Below are positions 40,395 to 54,807 of a stretch of 64,000 nt of DNA, piece after piece. The translations under genes and the position numbers were made by a program. This DNA is from Eledone cirrhosa (Eukaryota), in NCBI GenBank assembly GCA_964016885.1, contig OZ024740.1, positions 56,730,001 through 56,794,000 on the forward strand, written 5' to 3'. How positions within the stretch are numbered: position 1 is the first letter of the stretch; each line of letters starts with the position of its first letter. A model generated the notes under the pieces. That model ran no database searches, was not told where the DNA came from, and saw only the letters and a list, made by a program, of their open reading frames with translations.

Positions 40395-42797
40395 ATGGAT
40401 TATTACAACATAACCAATTCAACTAAAGACATTCCTATACCTAGTAAATCCGAATTCACCAAACTTCTTATTGAAAAAACTGACTCCTTCGTAAGAAGAC
40501 TTAGATGAACAGCCTATTTCTATGACCAGCGCCTAAAAGGGAACTTTCATACCAAAGAACACAACTTCCTCGATCATCTTTTTAATTCTAGACGAAATCC
40601 TCCTTCCAACAAAAATCTAGCACAATTCGAGGAAGAATTAACTAAAATAATAAAAAATCTTAAATTCAAGAGATACCCTTACAAAGGACAAGAGCACCTT
40701 GTAAATCTCAAGAACACAATCTCTAACCTAAATTCCTCAAAAAATGTTTTAGTCCACTCTGACAAAACCAATAACCTATATGGTATTTCCAAGGATAATT
40801 ATAACAACCTTATCCTAAAGGAACTTAGGAAAAAGTATCGTAAAACCAACCATGAAAATTTAGAATGCATAAACCTTGAAGCCTATGAGATTATGTCAAA
40901 ACTTGGCATTGAAAAAAAGACCGAACCATTCCTCCCAAGAACTCCGAGGATAAATCTCAAGGATCACAAAAACAATTTTCGCACTGAACTACCTGTTAGA
41001 TTAATCGCCCCCTCTAAATCTGATCTGGGAGTTGTTAGTAAAGCCATCTTGGATAGGATTATCTCACAGGTTAGTTCTAATTGCTCTTCTTTAAACCTAA
41101 ATTTATGGTTTGGTACTTCTGAAGTGATTGGTTGGTTCAACAAATTGGATAATAAAAACAAACTAAAATTTATTCAATTCGATATTGCCAGCTACTATTC
41201 CTCCATTTCGCCTTCACTTCTCAATAATGCTCTATCTTTCGCACTTAAATATTCTGACATCACCACAGATGAACTTCACATTATCCTCACCGCACGTAAA
41301 ACCATCCTAGAGTTCAACAACGAATATTGGACCAGAGCCGATACCTCTAACAACTTCGACATCACAATGGGAGCATCCGATTCATCCCAATTGACTGATT
41401 TAATTGGTATCTTCATTTTGAACTCTTTGAGTCGGAAAATTCCTCAACTTCGCGGTGGAATTTATCGTGACGATGGACTCTTTACTATCCTAAATTGCAA
41501 TATAGTTAAACTTGATATTATTAAGAACAATATACGTAATCTCTTTAACCAACATAACCTAAAAATTGAATTTGATAATAGTATCAAACTAGCTAATTTC
41601 TTGGATGTATCTCTTAATCTTGACACTGGCCTATATTACCCTTACCATAAAAACAATGAGAATCTTAATTATGTTAACTTTAAATCTAACCATCCTACCA
41701 ATATCAAGAATGCTATAGTTAATAATATTGGAAATAGAATATCTAACATATCTTCTAATAAAAACATCTTTGATGCTAACGCCAATTACTATAATAACGC
41801 ACTTTCTAAAGCCGGCTATCCAGATAAAATCAAATATAATAAAGAAACAAATTCTAGGAAAACTTACAGTAGAATAATTAATCATGACCATTCCAATAAT
41901 TTTAATAAAAGACCTAGATACAAAAACATAATCTGGTATAATGCTCCTTTCTCCATCTCTATTAATAACAATATTCCTAAATTATTTTTTAGTGCCTTAA
42001 ATAAATGCTTCCCTCCCTCACATATCTATAGTAAAATATTTAACAAACACACCATCAAATTTTCGTATTCTACATCCTCCAATATTTCCAACATCATCTC
42101 TAAACACAACAACAAAATATTAAATACTAAATCTCTTCCTTCCAATATTGAATTTCATAATAACAGTAATAGTACTCCCGACGTCATTGTAAACCCTAGG
42201 CAAACTTCTGTAAACCCAAATACAACGTCAAACACAACTTCGCTAAATGTTCATAATCCAACTCTAAATCAAGAAACTATTATTCCTATTATTCCTATCG
42301 CAAACAACTTCTCCAATCCAATTCCTTCTATAGATAACACTAGATCACCCATTAATAATCTCTCTAATTGCAACTGCCGCATTAAAAATAAATGTCCTCT
42401 CAACAACCATTGCCTTGATAAAAACTTAATTTATGAATGTAAAATTATAACTAGCACCAATGCCTTCACCTATTTTGGCTCCACTTCCACCTCTTTTAAA
42501 GCTCGTCTCTATAATCATCATTCATCTTTCAAATACAAACTTAAAAGAACTAACACTGCTCTCTCAGAACTCACATGGTCCTTAAAAGACAAAAACATTA
42601 AATATAACATCTTTTGGAAAAAGATTTCTTCTGCATCCTCATACTTGAACAGCTCTCTATCTAAAATCTGTAATCTTTGCCTAAATGAAAAATTTACCAT
42701 TATCTCTAACCTAGAATCTATAATAAATAGACGCTCAGATTTGTTTTCTATCTGCCTGCATAAATTCCATAGAACTTTTCACAAAGTATACAGTTAA
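40395..42797 (+). pseudogene. PLE RT-EN ORF of 800 codons with a single in-frame TGA at 40506
   Basis: ATG 40395 is in frame with the track ORF at 40893 and open apart from one TGA; IPIPSK, SDKTNN, KDHK..F..PVRLI.PSKS, FDIASYY, YRDDGL, CNCR..CPL..C, LIYECK...YFGST, CNLCLNEK. Confidence 0.88.
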
Positions 42798-43788
42798 TAT
42801 TCAATTCTTTATCAATTTAGAATCTTTTCTCAAAGGCACATATACATACACCTCTTTAAAATATACCCATCTACCTTACTTTAAAGGGCATTATACACTC
42901 TATAATACTCGTTTACTCATTACCCTCATTCTATCTTCTCGTAAAATAATAACATTTGTTTTTGACATTTTGAATATTCATCCGCAATCATTATTATTTT
43001 TTCTCTCTATCATAAATCTTTTTAATCTCAATTTCATCCTTAATTTATTATTATTTTTTTCTCCCCATCAACGAACTCATTATTAATACATATCAATTCA
43101 ATATACAAACTTTAACTTCACATTATTTTTCTCAAATCCTTCTACACACAAACCTTATCATTTTTTCTCTTCGCTAATTTTGAAATTGCCACAATACATA
43201 CATTTCTTCTTTTGACGTTAGAATATTCACCCACAATTATTATTTTTTTCTCTCTATCTTCATACATAATTTCCCTTCGTTAATTTTCAAATTCCTTTAA
43301 TTTATACATTATCTTCCAACGGTTCCCAACCTCTCTATATTAAAACAATATATCTTTTTCTCAGTTATAAAAACTATCTCTTTCTCTCTATCACCCATCT
43401 CTCCCTCTCCACCTTCACTCTCATCTCCTCCCCCCTTTTTTCATCCTTTCCACCCCCCCCTCCCTAAATAAAATATTTTTTCCTCGCACATATCCTCCCT
43501 TCGTTAATTTTCAAAATTTTTAATTTATACAGTATCTTCCAACGGTTTTCAACCCCTCTATGTAAAAAAAATATATCTCCTCTCAGCTATAAAAACTATC
43601 TCTTTCTCTCTATCACCCATCTCTCCCTCTCATCTCCTTCCCTTTTCATCCTTTTCTGCCCCCCCCCCCCTCTCTAAATAAAATATTTTTCCCAATATCA
43701 CACATCAATCTAAAACCACTTTTCATATGTCGATTAAAAACTGCACTATCAACAAGTGTTTTTTTAGCCTTCATATCATGTTCTCCTG

Positions 43789-43855
43789 TTTTATCTGATG
43801 AAAACACAAATATTATTGCTTGATGATGTTTGTTTTTGAAATGCGCATAATAAAA
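43789..43855 (+). ncRNA. Type-I hammerhead ribozyme in pLTR (mirror 39272-39338, minus strand)
   Basis: ttttat CTGATGA [long AU/GU stem II] GAAA TGCGCA TA ataaaa; palindrome ATGCGCAT. Confidence 0.82.
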
Positions 43856-43887
43856 TATATGGAACTCCTTTAACCATCTTTTGATCT

Positions 43888-43954
<67 letters not shown>

Positions 43955-44744
43955 AAGTGTTAAAACGATCAAATTTTAGTTTAGAACATTTATTTTCTGA
44001 CAATTGTTTCTTCCAGAGGGAAGTCTGGAATCATCGGAGCATAGGGAATGTTGAAACATATGACTAAAATCCTAGTCATTCAGAACATTTAGGTTACATA
44101 ATTGTTGTTAGTGTCATAGGCATCATGTGGAGAGTCAGGAGTTAAAAAGGTGTTATGCTTGAGAGAACACAATTACAGGCAGCACTGGTTGAAAGTGTAA
44201 GAGGTATAAGCAAAAGGTACAGGCAAAACAGTTATAAGCAAGGAAAAGTGTGGGATAGGATAGACATAACATTTGAGAACAGTTAATGCTATGGGTGTAC
44301 AATGCAGGAGTCAATACAGTCAATAAGGCATGTATGAGGTAAGAGTTATAATGCAGTTGGAATAAACATATTTTGTGTGGGGTGTTATAATTGTTAAAAA
44401 TGTTTAAGATAGCGTGTAATTTGTTAGAGACGCATGTGATGATAATGTAGGTATTTGTTATGTGATGTGTAATGCAAAGCACATGATACAGTTGGATAGG
44501 TTATTTTCATTCAAGTGATTTTGTGTTGTAGTTCGTATGTATTTGTATATGTTGTTTGTAACTCACAGCTATTAGCCATGGGATTATTTTGAGTCGTTTA
44601 TAGTCAATAGGTCTTTGTTTGTTAAATGTAAATTCCACCGAATTACCAGTTCTAGCCTCCATATTTATAATTGTATTAAACATATAAATATATATATTCT
44701 TATTACTATATATATACCTACAATAGCTTCACGTTACACTCCCT

Positions 44745-44798
<54 letters not shown>

Positions 44799-45253
44799 AA
44801 ACAAGTATTATCCAACCGTATGTCAATGTGGTTCTATGGCGGGTTAATAAATTAATGTATCTTTTACACGTAGGAATTCATACTTTATTATTATTGATCT
44901 CCCCCTAAGTTAGAGATAACATTTTGGACTGCTGCTATTTCTAGTGGCAGGACATTGACCTGTCCACCCTGCCTTTCGTCTTTACACACGGCACCAGACA
45001 GAATTATTTCTTTCATCATCCGCTCTCATTTGGGAATGGTTTTGTATGGCGTCAGTTTGTGATTTGAACTCGGGAATTTTATATTCTCCGAGGGAGAAGA
45101 GCCTTCTGAAGATTGCTCTCTTCTCAATGAAAATCCGCTTGGATTTTCTGTTTATTCTGGAGCATGAAACCGCGGTAAATGAAAATATAGTAAGTACAGC
45201 GAAAATGTGTTATTTATTTATTTTAAAACTTTTTCTCTATTTGCTAGAGCTTG

Positions 45254-46003
<750 letters not shown>

Positions 46004-46027
46004 GGATATATATATATATATATATAC

Positions 46028-46064
<37 letters not shown>

Positions 46065-46292
46065 GGAATAGAATGAAACGAAATTTCATTTCTCACTCTT
46101 AGTACGGCACTTACTTAAATGTAAGTATGTATGTATACGTACATACATATATGTATACAGACGTACAGTAGCATGTATATATATACATACAGGCACACAT
46201 ATATATATGCACGCAAATTAGGCTGCTCAGCCGTTAATTTTCATAAGGAAAGTATATACTTTCGGACGTTCAACCATCTGGCAGAAAGGTAT

Positions 46293-46335
46293 ACGGTGCT
46301 GACGATAGCTAATAAGCTTGAAACTAGTACATCGT
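46293..46335 (+). ncRNA. Minimal type-I hammerhead, unit 1
   Basis: acggtg CTGACGA t AGCT aata AGCT t GAAA CTAG TA catcgt. Confidence 0.85.
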
Positions 46336-46732
46336 TCCTGTGTCAGTGTTGAACAAAAAGGTGACGTGGTTGCCTAAACACTGTACGGCCTAATTCAGGC
46401 TGTTTGTTTACAAACGAACAAACCGAGCATTATAATAAATGTTCGGTAAACTGATACGTGCATATATATATATGTGTGCCTGTATGTATATATATACATG
46501 CTACTGTACGTTTTTATACATATATGTATGTACGTATACATACATACTTACATTTAAGTAAGTGCCGTACTAAGAGTGAAAAATGAAATTTCGTTTCATT
46601 CTATTCCATTTATCGTTTTCGGTGCGCCTGGCCGACTGAACTCACTCGATATGCAAATTAGGCTGCTCAGCCGTTAATTTTCATAAGGAAAGTATATACT
46701 TTCGGACGTTCAACCATCTGGCAGAAAGGTAT

Positions 46733-46775
46733 ACGGTGCTGACGATAGCTAATAAGCTTGAAACTAGTACATCGT
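46733..46775 (+). ncRNA. Minimal type-I hammerhead, unit 2
   Basis: Identical to the unit 1 motif. Confidence 0.85.
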
Positions 46776-47174
46776 TCCTGTGTCAGTGTTGAACAAAAAG
46801 GTGACGTGGTTGCCTAAACACTGTACGGCGTAATTCAGGCTGTTTGTTTGTTTACAAACGAACAAACCGAGCATTATAATAAATGTTCGGTAAACTGATA
46901 CGTGCATATATATATGTGTGCCTGTATGTATATATATACATGCTACTGTACGTCTGTATACATATATGTATGTACGTATACATACATACTTACATTTAAG
47001 TAAGGGTAGTACTAAGAGTGAGAAATGAAATTTCGTTTCATTCTATTCCATTTATCGTTTTCGGTGCGCCTGGTCGACTGAACTCACTCGATATGCAAAT
47101 TAGGCTGCTCATCCGTTACTTTTCATAAGGAAAGTATATACTTTCGGACGTTCAACCATCTGGCAGAAAGGTAT

Positions 47175-47218
47175 ACGGTGCTGACGATAGCTAATAAGCT
47201 TGAAACTAGTTCCATCGT
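47175..47218 (+). ncRNA. Minimal type-I hammerhead, unit 3 (altered at the cleavage site)
   Basis: GAAACTAG TTC catcgt instead of GAAACTAG TA catcgt. Confidence 0.75.
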
Positions 47219-47436
47219 TCCTGTGTCAGTGTTGAACAAAAAGGTGACGTGGTTGCCTAAACACTGTACGGCGTAATTCAGGCTGTTTGTTTGTTTACAA
47301 ACGAACACACCGAGCATTATAATAAATGTTCGGTAAACTGATACGTGCATATATATGTGTGTGCCTGTATGTATATATAAACATGCTACTGTACGTCTGT
47401 GTACATATATATATGTACGTATACATACATACTTAC

Positions 47437-47560
<124 letters not shown>

Positions 47561-47576
47561 GTATATATATATATAA

Positions 47577-48851
47577 CGGCGATGAATTAGTTTTGCGAGG
47601 TTTTTTATATGAAATCGTGTGTCGAAACAAGTATTGTTTTACTGGGGGAGGGTCATATTTGTGCAATAATATTGCCAGAATTAATAACAGAACACACTCA
47701 CTGTTTGGTTGGTTTTCGCTTCTGTTTCTTTTATATCGGTTAATTTAATTTATTCGGTCCTCAATGTTACCATTGACTGACCAACTGTCAAAAATACAGA
47801 TACAATATAGACACAAAAACATGTATATAGTCTAACAAAGTTCTTTCGTTGCACATCTGCAACATCGTCAGTGGTGCTATTATGTTTCCTCCTGTTGTAT
47901 TGTATGCCTACCCCATCTTTATTTAGTCTGTTTATTTATTTATTATTATTTTTTGTCTTCTCTGCGCATGCGTTTGCGTGTGTGTATAGTGTTAGATGTG
48001 TGTTCCTGTTTGGGTGACTGTGTATTGGTTATTGTATTCTATCTTAGTTTACTAGTGTGTGTTTATATGTGTTTGTTGTTATTGTGCTTGTGTATTATTT
48101 ATTTATTTATTTATACTTCTCTTAAGTCAGTTGTTTTCTTTTTGGGTGGTGTTGTTATTCCATTCATTTTTTCTATTTAGCCTTGGCCTTCTAAGTTCTA
48201 TTTCGCTGGCCTCTCTGATTTGCCTATCTGTTGGGTCATTTCTATGTTTAGATATTATTCTAATTTCTATGTTGTCTATGTTACCGTCGTGTTGTCGTCT
48301 GGCATGTTCGTATAGTACTGAAGCGTTTTTTCGTACTTTTAGTCCCCCCCCCCCCGCAGTGTTGGTCTATCCTTTCACCTATGCTACGAGCTGTCTCGCC
48401 TATGTATGTTGTTGTCATGTTTCTGCAAGTACCCTCTGTACATCTTATGCTATAGTCTATATTTCTAGTTTTACAGTTTATGCGGGGGTTTACTTTACAT
48501 ATAATACATTTCCTATTAGTACAGTGGGTTTTCTTAAAAGAGTAGGTTTTGCTGATTAGGGATTTTATGGTGGTTCCTGGCTTTCTACCACCTTAATCTT
48601 TAAGTGGGTCTTTCTCAGGGCCTTTCTAAATTGGTTAGCTAATTTCCCTCCAGGGGTAGCGTCCACAAACATGACACTCTGGTATCTCTGGTTGTCGTAC
48701 CATAAGGTGGCTTTCCCTATATTAGTCCTATCTAAGCTATTCCATGATTTGCTCCTGTATAATGGGCAAAATCCCTTCATGTCCAGTTCTATGAGGGTCT
48801 TATACTTCTCCGTGGCTCCTTCGTATACTCTGATTCTGTCTCTTTGGTTCT
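47577..48851 (-). mobile_element. Family A PLE, 5'-truncated, frameshifted; HHR core at about 47835-47874
   Basis: Clear similarity to 383-1690 (MFVDATPGGKLAN etc.); 3' end at a TA tract. Confidence 0.9.
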
Positions 48852-49029
48852 ACTCATAAGGTACGATGTAGTGGCTAAAACACTATAAATGCAATTTGTA
48901 GAAAGGATAGCCCTGAGAATAAACATAAAATGTTACAGTAATGTGGAAGACGTATGCACGCATATGTCAAATTGTACTGGTAGAATGTTCTACTCAAAAC
49001 CTCAATAAAATGGAAAACATAACAGAAGA

Positions 49030-49340
49030 GACATGGTGACATGGGACAGAGAAAAGAAGGCATGCACAGTAGTGGAAATCAGCCCCGCCAACAGATGTCA
49101 ATATAATGCTAAAAAATAGTGAAAAGAACATTTATGCTGAACTAATGAGGGGTTTGCAGATACTCGACTCTGAGTTATATCTGTGATTATTGGGGCTCTG
49201 GAATATGTTACTAACTGTCTCAGTACAAGTCTTGAGTAGCTGGGCTTCACAGAACCAGAACGTACTACTTAAGAAGTTGCATGTACACTCCATTAATGGA
49301 ACTGTAAAAAATACCTAAGACATTTCATAAATTTAGCATG
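49030..49340 (+). pseudogene. Decayed RLE-LINE (R4-like) endonuclease fragment
   Basis: WDREKKACTVVEIS..DVNI..IYAELMRGLQ..IIGAL, resembling 11130-11632. Confidence 0.6.
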
Positions 49341-49569
49341 TAACAACTACATATACATATATATAGACATAGCAACATATGCACACATGTAATGACATCA
49401 GGCCTTCTGTTGTTTTAATTAAATAAATATTTATCTCCCTTCTTGCACCAGCCACAGGATTCAAAATTTCCGATGGCTGCTTTGCATCACGTATAGTGAT
49501 CTTGTTACTAATACATCATGATTAACTAAACGGAATGACCTGTTCTACCAATAGGTGAACCAGACACAG

Positions 49570-49656
<87 letters not shown>

Positions 49657-49714
49657 CGAATTGGCAGAGTTCAGATCTAGCTGTCGAAACGGCCGGATCC
49701 CACCCGTCGACTCT

Positions 49715-49766
<52 letters not shown>

Positions 49767-51614
49767 GTTGATGATGATGTTTCACGTTGCAGATATCACA
49801 TAAGTACTCATATTCTTATGTTCTAAAAGAAACATAGGAAAGGTATACAAATAAAACTGAGTATAACGATAATGAATTGTGGTAATGAACTGAAAGGTTG
49901 TCGATATTTAATTAATTTGTTCATTGACAACATAGACAGATTAATAGAGAATGATATGTCAGTTTCCTGGAATATTATACGAATGCATCAGGTAGAACCT
50001 AGGAGTTTAATATACCCTTTTTTGCATGTTTTAATTCATATATGCATATTTACACATGCATGTTCATTTATATCTGGATACGTGTAAAAATCAATATTTT
50101 CACGACGTATCTTAGTTGCAACCATAGAAACTGCTCTGTTGATCGATTGGGAAATGTTTTGTGGAATGGAAGAAGAGACAACATTTAATAAACAACATGT
50201 AAATCTACATGGATCGTTTAAACAATAAATAATGAGAAACAATAGAGTCCAAATTCTAAATTCCAAATTTCCACAGGCCCGAACCTAAAATTCCCTCCGC
50301 TAAATTCGAGCTATTATTTTATTAGCTGACATAAAGATATCTTATTAGTTGCTTTAACAGTTATCCGAAACGCATTTTGATCCACAAGATAATGTATGTT
50401 GTCAGAATAAGCAATGCACATACATTTACGTATATATGCATACTTACACACTTTTTAATAAGCCTTTAGTTTCAGAAAGATAAAAATATACAATGTATAA
50501 ATATATACGCAGTGGTCATCAGTTATAAAAGGAGCAAATAAGTGTAATTCAATAGCAAGTTAGGTTAGGTTTACCGCACAATAAGTCAGGCATAAAACCC
50601 ATTATAAATACCGCTAAGTTTCTCGACCGACGCTCAAGCAATTCCGACAATCCACTTCCTCGAACTGACCCTCTATTTAATCCACACTGAAGAGATGACA
50701 AGGAAAGTTGAAATATTGCAAAGTGGTTATAGCTCTATATTATAACATCTCTGCTAATTCACCGCCATTCATAGAACATGGAATTTATTGTGGAGTTTGG
50801 TGGTAAATATAGACTAGTTTCCATCTAATTAACTAGGTAGACGTTGACGCCGTGAAAGAGTTGTGGAGTTTGGTTACATATATAGACTAAATGGCATCTA
50901 GTTAACTAGTTAGTGGTTGATGTCGTGAAAGAGTTAATTGTTACTACGAGTAGCAATTCAACTCGTATGTGTTGCTGTGGGCATATAGCTACGTAAGTCT
51001 ATGTAGGTGCGGGTAAACCACTCTAGTGAAATGTAGTATTTTAATTCCTGTAGATCAAAATAAAGACAATACAGAGAAAGACTCTGAAGTAATGATGAAG
51101 TACCAAAGACAAAAAATAAAGGCAGGAAAAATCTGATTGTTGAAAACTAATACGAAGAATAAATGCCCATCAAGTGGTAGAAGGATAATAATGGTTACTG
51201 AAAACAAGCGTAAGAGATCTATAACTAAAATACTATTAGTTACGAAAGAGGCTTAAAGATGTCGACAGTTAGATTTTCAAGGAAAATAAGTTTGAAGAAT
51301 GGTACGGATTTATATATTTTTACTTTTGTTTTAGAGTGCCCTGAAACAGCGGCAAAGTCTTCAAGGAATTTAGTCAATCACATACAGCCCACTACTTATT
51401 TCAACGATCTACATTAATCGAATGGCTAAGTTTTAGTACAACACCGGCGTTAATCATAAACACAGACACATACACACACGCACACATACACACACACGTA
51501 TATATATGTGTGCGTGTATAAATGCATATATGTATATGCATTTATACACACAAACATCGATGTACGCTGACTTACACATATCTATACACAAATGTTATTA
51601 TATTTATATATATA

Positions 51615-51669
<55 letters not shown>

Positions 51670-51748
51670 AAGGAATTGTGGTAAGGAACCAGATGGACCA
51701 TAACTCACCAGAGTACTCAATACTTAGGGTAGTAGAGTGGGAAATAGT

Positions 51749-51820
51749 AAAAAGTATGACCCCGACGGCAGAGCTCAAGCCGTTACGACGGCTATTTCTG
51801 CCGTCGGGGTCATACTTTTT
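51749..51820. repeat. Perfect 24-bp inverted repeat enclosing a smaller hairpin
   Basis: aaaaagtatgaccccgacggcaga / tctgccgtcggggtcatacttttt; inner agccgt/acggct; lies in a short insert between TA tracts. Confidence 0.88.
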
Positions 51821-51850
51821 CCTATATATATATATATTTTTGCATATTTT

Positions 51851-51892
<42 letters not shown>

Positions 51893-52960
51893 AAAATATG
51901 CACATATACACATGTATATAGTGTACATGTACGTGTGCACATTTACGTGTGTACACGTGTGCAGGTCTGTACATTTAAGCGTGTATACGCGTGTGTGCAT
52001 GTAGCATTTACTTAAGTTTTCTCACTTTCAATTTAGTAGAAACTGCGAACTTTCTGGATTTTTAGAACCACATATCTGTTCTCTTTACTATATGAAAACT
52101 CCGCATCAACAATTATTTTAGCTTAAAATTTAAATATGTAAATTTAAATACGATAAAACATTTAGTGAGGCATTTTGGAAGCTGTTAATAAAAGAATCTT
52201 TTAGACAACCGCGTCAGTTTTAATAAAGTATGAAGGCATATGCATTGCTGTTACATAATACAATGTTGACTGGATCTTGTAATTATCATAAATTAACAGT
52301 GACATATTGCATAGAAGCCATGATTATATTTGATTACGGAGTGCTTGTATTTAAGGATCTTATTGATTTCTTTTTGTTGTTGTTTCGTTCAGAGACCTTC
52401 CTGTCAGTTTTTATGGCAACCCTTACCAATATACTATTATAATATAACTTACAAACACTGAGAGATTAGAGCAAAACATACACAACAGCAATTTATTTCG
52501 AAAAACTGTCTATTATTCTTTATACTTTAAGCCAATAAAGCCGTTAAAATTTCTCGGATAGTAAGATGATTCAAATCAAAGCTATACGAGTATAGTAAAT
52601 GATGACATACAACTTATACATACAAAGACTTGTTAACAAATACATCTTAGTCAGATATGTTTGTTTGCTGTAGGTCTCAAGGATAAATATATCATAATGG
52701 TTAAACAGTACTTGATTGCATTAATTCATCATACCTTGTCTCATTCTCGGATGAATACTTCCAGTAAAATCGGATTAATGTAATGAATAATAATATTCGG
52801 TGTCTCAACACTGCCGTCGTTTTATCGATTTTACCAACAATAATTATAGTAGTGTTCTAAAGCGACACAGCTGTTATACGGACCTCATTTAGTTCTTTGA
52901 CCGTCAATGTTATGAGTGTGTGTATCAGAGAGAGAGAGAGAGAGAGAGAGAGTGACAGCC

Positions 52961-53001
<41 letters not shown>

Positions 53002-53756
53002 CAGCCAGAGAGAGAAAGAGAAAGGGAAGTAAAGAGAAAATGTAAAAGTCAATTCCAAGAGCATCTACGTCATTGCAAAATATGCTAAAATTATTAGCTA
53101 AATCTCCCTCAAATTACACCATGCCATCCTGAAAAAGGGATACGAGGATACATGATATAAACTAGTTTTAGAAATGCAATACCATAAAAGAGAGAGCGCT
53201 GGTCATAGCTGGAAAGCTTTTAATTATAGGCCTAATCAATCAAGAATGACATGAAGCTAAACAAGAAAACTTGATAGAACTAGAAGTAAAGAAACGTAGC
53301 CATCTGACTAAAACTGGATCCGTTTTAGCTCAAAAAGTCCATTGTATAGTATTGTACTTTTAACTGTTTAGTGAAGGGATGAATAGAAGTGCCTTCGCCA
53401 GGGCCTCTGGGAAACCATTAAGAGAGTGAATAAGAGAGAAAAGCATCTGCAAACTGGAGACATGGTTCGGATGCCTGCAAGAGACTCAGCTAAAGGCATT
53501 CAGGGCCCAGGTGGGGTGTTAAACGGGACAGCGGGTTATGTTTAGCACAGAGGTGGACCATTGCGGGCTTTGAACTCAGAACTCAAAAAGCCAGAACGAA
53601 TACGAGAAACGGTACATAATTTAAGTATAAGAAATATCTTTGTTATAGAGGCAGCTTGAAATACGGTATGGTTTTCCAACGCATCCGTTGTATTCTGACA
53701 GACAAAATTAAGTCTTGTTTTACTCATGCAACTAAGCATAATGGAAGACTAAAAGA

Positions 53757-53806
<50 letters not shown>

Positions 53807-54170
53807 ACACACACACACACACACATACACTCACTCACTCACTCACTCACACACACACACATATATATATATTTGTAAATCGAACTTTAGCTGCAAGAAC
53901 AATTCGATTTGTATTGAGGCAATCACAAAGCACTCAATGGTTCGAAAGTTAAAAACAAACATTAAGTCCAGAGTTAAACACTGTAGTTATAAAATGTGAC
54001 ACCAAGAGAACCGACCGAAGACACAAACTATACATACAACAAAATAACGATAGATACAAAAAGGTATTTCATATCTATATATATATATATCAAGCGTGAA
54101 ACTAATAATATATTTCTTCAGTGTACCGTGTCGCTTGCTTCATTATTTCTGTTTGCTTTTTGTATATATA

Positions 54171-54205
<35 letters not shown>

Positions 54206-54611
54206 CACACATAAATCATATATATATATATATATATACATTATATGGTATCCCCGAAATATGTATAATGAAATAAATATGGTTTTATAAATATAGTTTC
54301 CATTTGTTTAATATCGTATATCTACTCCAAAACTTGTCGAGTGCTTTATATCAGTTATAAAATATTTACTTGTTGTAACCCAACAATTTTAAATAAAACT
54401 TTTGCATATATTAGAAAGTGAGGTTTTTTTACAAAATGAAAAATAACCGAGGTGTCCTACACGAGTGAAAGTATAAAGAAAAAAAGATGAAATCGAAAAT
54501 GCAACTGGAGTCTTATTTAAAAAATATATATATATTTATTTGGTTCCTTTACCGGTTTCGCAGTTCTTATGCTTTTCAAAAGTAGAGTTGAGATGGAGGG
54601 TCTGTGGTTTA

Positions 54612-54700
<89 letters not shown>

Positions 54701-54706
54701 CATACA

Positions 54707-54752
<46 letters not shown>

Positions 54753-54767
54753 TGTAATGTATGTGTG

Positions 54768-54801
<34 letters not shown>

Positions 54802-54807
<6 letters not shown>

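Larger units (their letters stand above)
39232..43895 (+). mobile_element. Near full-length Penelope-like element (Hydra-clade-like) with an inverted 5' pLTR copy
   Basis: 39232-40302 is the reverse complement of 42824-43895; the central ORF has RT + GIY-YIG; 3' end runs into (TA)n. Confidence 0.92.

Noticed and set aside
40506-40508. In-frame TGA as selenocysteine (as in some Naiad PLEs)
   Set aside because: It falls at a position normally Trp, not Cys; the element has a C-terminal EN; no SECIS recognised. A simple TGG>TGA nonsense change is more likely
49655-49720. Short insert with cag-atctag-ctg tc GAAA CGGCCG between TA tracts
   Set aside because: Only the 3' half of an HHR-like motif; no CUGANGA core
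50682-50726. CTGAAGA...GAAA motif
   Set aside because: Stems II and III do not pair; at best a heavily decayed HHR
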